Assembly: GCA_028727605.1 (NCBI GenBank)
Contig: JAQYOA010000018.1
Coordinates: 22,550 to 86,549, forward strand
From: Lachnospiraceae bacterium
GTDB taxonomy: Bacteria > Bacillota > Clostridia > Lachnospirales > Lachnospiraceae
Direction of reading: 5' to 3'
DNA length: 64,000 nucleotides
Below, piece after piece: positions 49,701 to 57,334 of the stretch. Numbering within the stretch: the first letter of the stretch is position 1; each line of letters begins with the position of its first letter. The translations under genes were made by a program, and so were the position numbers. The notes under the pieces were generated by a model that did not search any database, had not been told where the DNA came from, and saw nothing but the letters and a program-made list of their open reading frames with translations.

Positions 49701-51227
49701 GATGCCGTTTGCCCGAATTGCGGCGCTCCGTTAAAGAAAGCCGGATTTGATATTCCTTTTGAGACCTTCCTGGGATTTAAGGGAAACAAGGAGCCGGATA
49801 TCGACCTGAATTTTTCCGGAGATTACCAGAGTAAGGCACACAAGTATACAGAGGTTATTTTTGGAGCCGGCCAGACCTTTCGTGCCGGTACAATCGGTAC
49901 GCTGGCAGATAAAACGGCATTTGGCTATGTGAAGAATTATTATGAAGAGCGGGGTCAGCATAAACGGAACTGTGAGATTGACCGGATTGTGGAAGGATGT
50001 ACCGGAATACGGAGGACGACAGGCCAGCATCCCGGAGGAATTATTGTGCTTCCTTTCGGAGAGGACATCAACTCTTTTACACCGGTTCAGCACCCGGCGA
50101 ACGATATGACAACCGATATTATTACGACACATTTTGACTATCACTCGATCGATTCCAATTTGCTGAAACTGGATATTCTCGGGCACGATGATCCTACTAT
50201 GATTCGAATGCTGGAAGATATCACAGGTCTGGACGCACAGACAATCCCTCTGGATAATCCGGAGGTGATGTCGCTGTTCAAGAGCACAGAAGCGCTGGGG
50301 ATTAAACCGGAAGATATCGGAGGCTGTCCCCTTGGATGTCTGGGTGTTCCGGAATTCGGAACGGATTTTGTTATTCAGATGCTTCTGGATACTAAACCGC
50401 AGTCCTTCTCGGATCTGATTCGAATTTCCGGTCTGTCTCATGGAACAGACGTGTGGCTTGGAAATGCGCAGACACTGATTGAGGAAGGAAAGGCAACGAT
50501 TTCCACTGCGATCTGTACCCGTGACGATATTATGATTTACCTGATTGATAAGGGGCTTGAGAGTGAGCTGTCCTTTACCATTATGGAAAGTGTCCGTAAG
50601 GGAAAAGGACTAAAACCGGAATGGGAAGAGGAGATGAAAGCGCACAATGTCCCGGACTGGTATATCTGGTCCTGCAAAAAGATTAAATATATGTTCCCGA
50701 AAGCACATGCAGCTGCTTATGTTATGATGGCTTACCGTATTGCTTATTACAAAATTTTCGAGCCGCTGGCTTATTATGCAGCCTATTTTTCCATCCGTGC
50801 ATCTGCATTTTCCTACGAATTGATGTGCATGGGACGGGAACGCCTCGAATACTACATGAAAGATTATGAGAAACGCAAGGATACTCTCTCCAAAAAAGAG
50901 CAGGATACGATGAAGGATATGAAAATTGTTCAGGAAATGTATGCCCGGGGATTTGATTTTGTTCCGGTAGACTTGTATACGGCCAAGGCGCATCTGTTTC
51001 AGGTGGTGGATGAGAAACATCTGATGCCGGCACTGGATTCTATCGAAGGTCTGGGAGATAAAGCAGCCGACGCAGTTGTGCTGGCTGCCAGAGATGGAAA
51101 ATTCCTTTCCAAAGATGATTTTCGGGATCGCACGAAAGTGAGTAAATCCGTGATTGATTTTATGGATGATCTGGGCGTGTTTGGAGACATTCCGGAGAGC
51201 AATCAGTTTTCACTGTTCGACTATTGA
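46701..51227 (+). CDS. polC: DNA polymerase III alpha subunit, PolC type
   Basis: OB fold; PHP domain (ELHCHTKMS, AITDHG); embedded exonuclease (FDIETTG, HHRAVDD); VGSRGSVG, PDIDLNF and YMFPKAHA motifs. Confidence 0.98.
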   Translation: MEKSFQEVFPKLKTEGALSELLESVEISRIAINKKKDLLRVYLVSHQWIHKKYIYQLEREIKGQLFGEVPLMVRIIERFYLSRQYTPENFLEVYHDSILLELKNYSIFLYNLFSNARITFPETDTMHLVLVDSVIAREKESELVRILEKIFCERCGFDLKIQTELLKMEGESKAMKNSELKIQEEVRHVLARTHLGEQLEEKKRKEKQEAAKHPDGHTAEKAEQEKWKNKRGAKGGFGKRMEDQPRKSSNPDVVYGRDFDDECVEILSIGDEIGDVVIRGRIQSVDTREIRNERTIFMFTITDFTDTISVKLFVSNGEVPDMKAAIKPGAFLKVKGKTTVDSFDHDLTVMSVWGIKKITDFRTGRRDTSPMKRVELHCHTKMSDMDGVTDAAKLVKRAYEWGHPAIAITDHGVVQSFPEANHAMEDIDGAYRKKYQQEHPEATKEELKKVSAPFKVIYGMEAYLVDDLKDVVVNSKGQSIHGDYVVFDIETTGFSPVVNKIIEIGAVRVENGAIVKKFSTFVNPKVPIPFRIENLTGINDNMVLDAPEIETVLPQFMEFCEGAVMVAHNASFDMSFIEHNCALLGIEREFTTADTVAMARFLLPGLNRFKLDTVAKAVGVPLENHHRAVDDAGCTAEIFIRFVKMLEERGISTLDQLNAEGKVSEEAIRKLPTYHAIILARNETGRVNLYRLVSESHLKYYNRRPRLPKSVYLKYQEGLMIGSACEAGELYQAILRGESDPEIARLVDFYDYLEIQPLGNNAFMINSEDVSAVNSEEDLIEINKKIVKLGNQFKKPVVATCDVHFMDPEDEIYRRIIMAGKGFDDADQQAPLYLRTTEEMLEEFSYLGSETAEQVVITNPQKIADMVEKISPIRAGKFPPVIEDSDKTLRRICYDRAHEIYGEDLPEIVSSRLERELNSIISNGYAVMYIIAQKLVWKSNEDGYLVGSRGSVGSSFVATMAGITEVNPLSPHYYCEKCHYSEFDSPRVKEYVGRAGCDMPDAVCPNCGAPLKKAGFDIPFETFLGFKGNKEPDIDLNFSGDYQSKAHKYTEVIFGAGQTFRAGTIGTLADKTAFGYVKNYYEERGQHKRNCEIDRIVEGCTGIRRTTGQHPGGIIVLPFGEDINSFTPVQHPANDMTTDIITTHFDYHSIDSNLLKLDILGHDDPTMIRMLEDITGLDAQTIPLDNPEVMSLFKSTEALGIKPEDIGGCPLGCLGVPEFGTDFVIQMLLDTKPQSFSDLIRISGLSHGTDVWLGNAQTLIEEGKATISTAICTRDDIMIYLIDKGLESELSFTIMESVRKGKGLKPEWEEEMKAHNVPDWYIWSCKKIKYMFPKAHAAAYVMMAYRIAYYKIFEPLAYYAAYFSIRASAFSYELMCMGRERLEYYMKDYEKRKDTLSKKEQDTMKDMKIVQEMYARGFDFVPVDLYTAKAHLFQVVDEKHLMPALDSIEGLGDKAADAVVLAARDGKFLSKDDFRDRTKVSKSVIDFMDDLGVFGDIPESNQFSLFDY

Positions 51228-51247
51228 TGAGGCTGTCTGCCATGAAG

Positions 51248-51276
51248 TTGCATTCTTTGACGGCATGGTTTATAAT
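51248..51276 (+). promoter_or_regulatory. Putative sigmaA promoter of the three-gene unknown operon
   Basis: TTGCAT-17bp-TATAAT. Confidence 0.65.
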
Positions 51277-51348
51277 CGTACCGTATAGTTATGAGGAAAC
51301 AGATACGAAGATGGATAAATTTCCTGAAAAGGCAATAAGGTGAATACA

Positions 51349-54300
51349 TTGAAGAGAAGATTGGAACAACTGGTAAACGGAAGATTTGAATATGAGGTTC
51401 CGCATCTGCTCCTCTCGGTTACAGAAATCTCGCTTACTCTTGTTGAGGGCCATAATTACCGTGGAGAACTGGGGATCGGAGCAGAGGACGGAAGAAAAAT
51501 ACAGGGTTTTGTGACAACGGATCATCAGAGAATCATTCTGGCAAAGGACCGTTTCCTGGGCACTGTCAGTACAATCGAATACGGAGTGGACATTACCGGA
51601 CTTGAGGCCGGAGATGTGATATCGGGAACCATTACTGTCAGCAGCAGCATTGAGGAACGTCAGATTCCGGTGACAGTCCGGGTAATGGAGGCACAGCTAA
51701 ACAGTTCGGTGGGAGAAGTCGGAACTCTGGAAGAATTTGCACGTCTGGCATCAAAGAATTTCCGGGAGGCGTTCGGCCTTTTTACAAAACCGGAGTTTGT
51801 GAAACTGCTGGGAGGCAGCAACCGGCAGTATCTGTCACTGTATAAAGGTATGGCTCATAATCCGGTAACTTATCAGCATCTGGAAGAATTCCTGGTGTCT
51901 TCCGGGAAAAAGGAACCTGTTAAGCTGACTCTGGATCAACAGAAAAAACAGATTTACAGCATAGAAGATACGCAGAAGGATACGCTGTATCTGTATAAAA
52001 ATACGTGGGGCTATGTCCGAATGGAAATCGAAGTGATCGGTGATTTCCTGGAAGTTGACAAGACGGTTGTGACTTCGGAAGATTTCATCGGGAGCGTATA
52101 CGGACTGGAATATATTATCCGGAAAGAGAAGCTTTCCTCCGGCCGCCATTACGGAAAAATCATCATCCACAATGTGCATCAGCAGCTGGTCTTTGAGATA
52201 GAGGCTTCTCCTGGCGGTGTAAAAGGCAGACCGATGGAGCTGGAGGAAGAACGGATTCTGGCGGAACTGACCAGAGGTTATCTGGATCTTGCAGTGCACA
52301 GAACAGATTACCGCAGCTGGTATGAGAATTCCTGGGAAAAGGTACAGGCTCTAAGAAAGATATCCGGAAGTACGCAAAAGGTGTTATTCTGGGAAGCTTA
52401 TCTGTATGAGACAAATGAGGAAGAGGAAAAGGCGGCGGAAGTGCTGCAGAGAATGCGTGATCTGCAGATTCCGCTCACCAATGGTGTGGAACAGGGAATC
52501 TATGTGTATCTGGCGAAAAAAGCAGGTGTGCGGAAAATCAGCCATGCAGAAATGCTGCGTGAGATTCAGGGATTTTACCGGCAGGAACCAAACAGTCCGA
52601 TTCTGCTGAAAATCCTGACCGAAATTGATGACACCGGGAAAGAGTCACTGACCAGATGGCTGTATGCGATGGAGCAGTGTTATGAGATGGGATGTACCAG
52701 TCCGCTGCTCTACCTTATGGCAGCGAATCTGCTCTTGCGCCAGGAGGGTCAGCTTCGGCGAATGTCTGACTTTATGATCCAGGTTCTCAGATTCACGCAG
52801 AGAGAACATTTGCTGACAGAGGAGCTGCTGAAAAGAGCTGCTTATCTGACGGATCATGGGAAAACGTTCAATGAAGCGATTTATCGGTTCCTCTGTAAAG
52901 GGTATGAGCAGTTTCCGTCAGATGAAGTGCTTGAGGCGATCTGTAAACTGATTATGAAGGGCCATCCGACACAGGAGAAATATTTCCGATGGTATGCGCT
53001 GGCTGTGGAGCATAATATCAGAATTACCCGTCTGTATGAATACTACATTGAAACGATGAGCCGTGATTTTGAAGGGCTTCTTCCTCAGGCTATTCGCATG
53101 TATTTTTCCTACAGTAATACCCTTTCCAGCAGAAAAAAGGCATTTGTATATGCAAACGTCATCCGAAATAAAGAAGCGGATGAAGCCACCTATGAAAGCT
53201 ACCGGGATGCAATGATACGGTTTGCCAATGAGCAGATTTTGAAAGGGCGTATGAACGATGATTACGCGTTAATTTACCGGGAATTTCTGGAAGAACCGGG
53301 AGATCCCAAAACTGCAAAAGCCATCGCGGAAGCGCTTTTTACACGGAAAATTATCTGCCGTGACAAGAACATCCGCCAGGTAGTTGTCTGCCATAATGCC
53401 ATGGAAAAAGAGACCTCTTATCCGGTGACGGACCGGATTGCTTATGTCCGGATTTACAGTCCGGATGCCCGGATTCTGCTGGAGGATGAAAAGCGAAGGC
53501 GGTTTGCAACAACGGTTGAGTATACAGAAGAACCTTTAATGGAATGTCATGAGATGGCAAAATCCTGCGGAAAATATCAGGTGGAGAATCCGGGGCTTCT
53601 CTTGCATCTGTGTCATGAAAGCTCCTCACAGATGGAGCTTTCCGAATCCAATCTGTCCTGGTACCAACAGGCTGCTTCCTGCAAAGAATTTACAAAAGAA
53701 TACCGCTGCCTGATTGAGAAAAAACTTCTGGAATACTATCTGGCACATGAACGGGACATGGCAGTGGAAGCAGCGGTTTTTGCACTGGATGATCAGGAAT
53801 ATGCCAGAGTGGATAAGGCAGCTGTTATGAAACTGCTGGTAGACCAGGGACTGTATACGCGTGCTTTTGATCTTGCAGAAAAGTTTGGATACGAGAAGGT
53901 TCCTGCAGACTGTCTCTTACGTCTGGCAAGTCATATGATTTTAATCAGGGAACTGGCCGAGGAGGAAGAACTCTTGTATCTGGCTTCCTATGTGTTTGAT
54001 CAGGGATTGTATGACGAAATTCTGCTCTGTTATCTTCGGGATTATTATGTTGGTCCTGTCGAAAAAATGTGCAGGGTCTGGGAGAAAGTGAAAGGCTTTC
54101 AGATGGAAAGCGATAAACTGGAAGAACGGATTCTGACCTGGTCCATGTTTGTCAGAAAGTATCCAAAGCAGGACCAGAAGATACTGGAAAGCTACATTAT
54201 GCAGACCGGTCGCGAAACGGTGATACTGGCTTATATTACCTATATTTCAATCGGTTACTTTATGGATGACTACGATGTCTCGGATCAGATGTTTGAGTAT

Positions 54301-54879
54301 CTGGAGAGAATCTATGAAAGAAAGTGGAAGCTGGATGAGATCTGCCGACTGGCACTTCTGAAGTATTATGCCGGAAAAACGGAACTCACTGATCGCCAGA
54401 TTCAATATGCGGCGGCCTTCCTTCATGAATTTAATCAAAAGGGCCTGCGGTTCTCATTTTATCAGAAACTTCCGGCTTTTCTGACAGAAGCCTACCAGGT
54501 GGATGACAGAATCTTTGTGGAAGAGCGGTTTTCTGCAGAGGATAAAGTCATGATTCATTACCGTATCGGAGCCGAAGGCAAATGGAAAGACGAACCGATG
54601 TTGAATATGTATCAGGGACTTTTTGTGAAAGAATTTCTGTTATTTTACGGGGAAAAACTGGACTACTATCTGACTGTGGAGAGTAGAAACGACAGCAGGG
54701 AATACCCGAAAAAGACGATCTGTATGACAACGAACCGGGAAGACGGAATGACCAGGTATCAGCTGCTGAATAAGATACTGGCTGCGAAAACCATAGGAAA
54801 CAAGGAAAAAACAGCCGATGCTGCCAGAGTATATCTGCAGCAGGAGGCACTGGTGCACAGCTGTTTTAAAATGCTGTAG
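51349..54879 (+). CDS. Large uncharacterised cytoplasmic protein (two N-terminal Ig/BACON-like beta domains, long helical repeat region, C-terminal beta sandwich; resembles the DUF5717 family)
   Basis: Open frame of about 1176 aa with genome-typical codon style. TTG start 6 nt after AAGGTG; no signal peptide. The family name is from recollection and unverified. Confidence 0.75.
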   Translation: MKRRLEQLVNGRFEYEVPHLLLSVTEISLTLVEGHNYRGELGIGAEDGRKIQGFVTTDHQRIILAKDRFLGTVSTIEYGVDITGLEAGDVISGTITVSSSIEERQIPVTVRVMEAQLNSSVGEVGTLEEFARLASKNFREAFGLFTKPEFVKLLGGSNRQYLSLYKGMAHNPVTYQHLEEFLVSSGKKEPVKLTLDQQKKQIYSIEDTQKDTLYLYKNTWGYVRMEIEVIGDFLEVDKTVVTSEDFIGSVYGLEYIIRKEKLSSGRHYGKIIIHNVHQQLVFEIEASPGGVKGRPMELEEERILAELTRGYLDLAVHRTDYRSWYENSWEKVQALRKISGSTQKVLFWEAYLYETNEEEEKAAEVLQRMRDLQIPLTNGVEQGIYVYLAKKAGVRKISHAEMLREIQGFYRQEPNSPILLKILTEIDDTGKESLTRWLYAMEQCYEMGCTSPLLYLMAANLLLRQEGQLRRMSDFMIQVLRFTQREHLLTEELLKRAAYLTDHGKTFNEAIYRFLCKGYEQFPSDEVLEAICKLIMKGHPTQEKYFRWYALAVEHNIRITRLYEYYIETMSRDFEGLLPQAIRMYFSYSNTLSSRKKAFVYANVIRNKEADEATYESYRDAMIRFANEQILKGRMNDDYALIYREFLEEPGDPKTAKAIAEALFTRKIICRDKNIRQVVVCHNAMEKETSYPVTDRIAYVRIYSPDARILLEDEKRRRFATTVEYTEEPLMECHEMAKSCGKYQVENPGLLLHLCHESSSQMELSESNLSWYQQAASCKEFTKEYRCLIEKKLLEYYLAHERDMAVEAAVFALDDQEYARVDKAAVMKLLVDQGLYTRAFDLAEKFGYEKVPADCLLRLASHMILIRELAEEEELLYLASYVFDQGLYDEILLCYLRDYYVGPVEKMCRVWEKVKGFQMESDKLEERILTWSMFVRKYPKQDQKILESYIMQTGRETVILAYITYISIGYFMDDYDVSDQMFEYLERIYERKWKLDEICRLALLKYYAGKTELTDRQIQYAAAFLHEFNQKGLRFSFYQKLPAFLTEAYQVDDRIFVEERFSAEDKVMIHYRIGAEGKWKDEPMLNMYQGLFVKEFLLFYGEKLDYYLTVESRNDSREYPKKTICMTTNREDGMTRYQLLNKILAAKTIGNKEKTADAARVYLQQEALVHSCFKML

Positions 54880-54895
54880 CAGGAGGGAAAATACG

Positions 54896-56143
54896 ATGGA
54901 ACTGAAGAACTTAATACTTGGTTTCGATTTTGGGGAGAATTATTCGCAGCTCTGCTGCTACGACAGAAATGTCAGGGATGCGGTGTCTCTTCCTGAAAAA
55001 GCCGGATCGGATGTTATGCTGATTCCGACCAAATTGGGAAAGGCGCTCGATCATGAAGAATGGCAGGCCGGTTCTGATGCACGGAAATTTGCCGGAGATC
55101 AGAACGGGGTTCTGCTGGATAGGATCTATGAGATTTGCATCGGAGCAAACCCCTGCATGGTGGAGCAAAGGGAATATACCCCCGGGGAACTGCTTGGCAT
55201 TTTTCTGCGGGAAGTACTGAAAAAGGCAGGCATTGACCATCCGGAACTGCAGATTGCCGGGATTATGATCACAACAAAACGTCTGACACGGCCCTTTGTG
55301 GAAAATGTACGTTATGCTTATAGTCTTCTCGGAATTCCGAGAGGAAGGGCATACCTGCAGGAATACGACGAAAGCTTTTACTATCACACCATGTATCAGA
55401 AACCGGAGCTTTGGAGCAGAAAGGTAGCACTGTTTCATTTTGAGGGAGATGAAGTTGCCTTTTCAAGCCTTTCCATCAGCCGAAAAACGAAACCGGCTTC
55501 TGTGACGGTAAAACGGGGAGCAAGAGTACATCTGGGGAGAAAACCGATGGATCGGGACCGGGATTTCGGACATCTGATTTCGGAAGTGACAGGTGCGGAA
55601 ATCTATTCCAGTGCCTATCTGGTTGGAGATGGTTTTGATCAGTCCTGGGCAGGAAATTCTCTGAAACTTCTCGCAAAGAATCAGCGCCATATTTTCGGAG
55701 GAAACAATCTGTTTGCAAAGGGTGCCTGCTATGGAGCGAGAGAGAAAGTGGAAGAGCGTATGCTGAAAGGATACCTGTTCCTTGGAAATGACCTTGTGCG
55801 ATCCAATATCGGCATGGATATGATTATCAATGGATCACCTGCTTATTATCCGCTGATTACCTCGGGAGTAAACTGGTATGAGGCAGAGAAAGAATGTGAA
55901 CTGATTCTTGACGAAACGGATGAGCTGGTGTTTGTGGTGAGTTCTATGGAGGAAGGAAAGAGAAATCGTTATACGATGAAGCTATCCGGACTGCCGAAAC
56001 GGCCGAGAAAAACGACAAGAATTCACCTGAAACTGGAATATGATTCGCCGGTGACCTGCCAGATTACGGCAGAAGATCTCGGATTCGGAGAGATGTTTCC
56101 GGCTACCCACAAGGTGTGGCATGAAACCATGGGGGAGGCGTAA
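54896..56143 (+). CDS. Divergent Hsp70/actin-fold protein (resembles clostridial DUF5716-type proteins)
   Basis: N-terminal ILGFDFGENYS, YLVGDGF and FAKGACYGA motifs; C-terminal LSGLPKRPRKTTRIHL resembles the DnaK substrate-binding beta domain. ATG follows AGGAGG. Confidence 0.7.
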   Translation: MELKNLILGFDFGENYSQLCCYDRNVRDAVSLPEKAGSDVMLIPTKLGKALDHEEWQAGSDARKFAGDQNGVLLDRIYEICIGANPCMVEQREYTPGELLGIFLREVLKKAGIDHPELQIAGIMITTKRLTRPFVENVRYAYSLLGIPRGRAYLQEYDESFYYHTMYQKPELWSRKVALFHFEGDEVAFSSLSISRKTKPASVTVKRGARVHLGRKPMDRDRDFGHLISEVTGAEIYSSAYLVGDGFDQSWAGNSLKLLAKNQRHIFGGNNLFAKGACYGAREKVEERMLKGYLFLGNDLVRSNIGMDMIINGSPAYYPLITSGVNWYEAEKECELILDETDELVFVVSSMEEGKRNRYTMKLSGLPKRPRKTTRIHLKLEYDSPVTCQITAEDLGFGEMFPATHKVWHETMGEA

Positions 56144-56146
56144 AGC

Positions 56147-56917
56147 ATGAGCGGTTACATATTATGTCAGGTAAAGCGTGCCAGACATCCGTATTATATC
56201 ACAAATATCAGCACGAACATTTACTCGATTGAAGAGCTTTGCTACTATCTGTATAACAATATTTATCTGCTGGATGAAACGATCATCAACAAGGAGCTGC
56301 TGGTATGGCTGAAGGAGGAACTTCATTTAAGGAGGCTGTATCAGAAATTATCGGTTATTCTGGAGGAGAAAAAAGGGATCGGAGAGTTTATACTTCCGAT
56401 CTTTAAAGAGATTAATTACCTTTCTCACGATCAGTTTCGGGAAATGAGCGAACGACTGAAACGTTTTGAAGAGCAGCCGGAGATTGTGAGAAAGAAATTA
56501 AAAGGCGATTATCTGGTGGAGCATGAAAAATACACCAATGCAATTCGTGTTTACCAGCAGACACTGAAAGAGACGAGCGGCACCTCCATGGGGCATCAGT
56601 TTGTAGGATGCATTTATAATAATATGGGATGTGCCTATGCCAGCCTTTTCCAGATGAACGAGGCACTGGAGTGCTTCCGGAAAGCATACGAAGAACTGCA
56701 TACCCGCGCATCGCTGAAAAGCTATTTATTTGCTTTTTATATGAGTCAGGGAAAAGATGCATATGAAAAGAAAGCGGAAGAGCTGAAGGTGGATGGAGAG
56801 ACCAAGAAAGAGATGGACTCCAAAATTGTGGAAGCGATGCAGGTGGAATTGCCCAGAGATCTGGATGGAGCCCTTGCCGCCTGGACGAGAGAATACCATA
56901 AAAGCACGGGAATGTAA
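56147..56917 (+). CDS. Uncharacterised TPR-containing protein
   Basis: TPR-like helices GDYLVEHEKYTNAIRVYQQTL and IYNNMGCAYASLFQMNEALECFRKAYE; starts 3 bp after the previous stop. Confidence 0.75.
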   Translation: MSGYILCQVKRARHPYYITNISTNIYSIEELCYYLYNNIYLLDETIINKELLVWLKEELHLRRLYQKLSVILEEKKGIGEFILPIFKEINYLSHDQFREMSERLKRFEEQPEIVRKKLKGDYLVEHEKYTNAIRVYQQTLKETSGTSMGHQFVGCIYNNMGCAYASLFQMNEALECFRKAYEELHTRASLKSYLFAFYMSQGKDAYEKKAEELKVDGETKKEMDSKIVEAMQVELPRDLDGALAAWTREYHKSTGM

Positions 56918-56924
56918 AAAAGGG

Positions 56925-56954
56925 TTGACAAAAAAGCGCAATTGATTGTATAAT
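56925..56954 (+). promoter_or_regulatory. SigmaA promoter of the trp operon
   Basis: TTGACA-18bp-TATAAT. Confidence 0.8.
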
Positions 56955-56979
56955 AAGTAACGTGCTAATAAATTAATTG

Positions 56980-57278
56980 TTTAAACCGATGAAGTGGAGA
57001 TAACGTTACAAGCGCACTCTCAGAGAGTCCGGGCAGGTGTGAGCCGGGCAGGAAGCGGGGTAGCAAATGGACCACGGAGGGCACAGGGAAAGGGAATAAA
57101 AGCCGGATGGCCTGATCCCGAGTATTCTGTGACGTAGGGCATACGTTAGTTGCCGGGAATATGATGGTATTCCGATGAGCGTGTGAGCATTCACAAAACA
57201 AGGTGGCACCACGGATAGTATATAATATCCGCCCTTGGCAGAGAGTTTAGATAAAATCTCTGCCAGGGGCGTTTTTTT
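56980..57278 (+). ncRNA. Tryptophan T-box riboswitch (tRNA-Trp-sensing antitermination leader)
   Basis: Stem I motifs CAGAGAG and GGTGTGA, specifier TGG at 57068-57070, AGTA motif, T-box AAGGTGGCACCACGG (57200-57214) and a downstream terminator. Confidence 0.92.
57229..57278 (+). terminator. T-box attenuator terminator
   Basis: CGCCCTTGGCAGAGA...TCTCTGCCAGGGGCG followed by TTTTTTT. Confidence 0.9.
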
Positions 57279-57334
57279 GTCGCCGGATAAAAGAGGAATA
57301 TCGAAACGTCATTAAGAAAGGAGCAGCATGAGTT

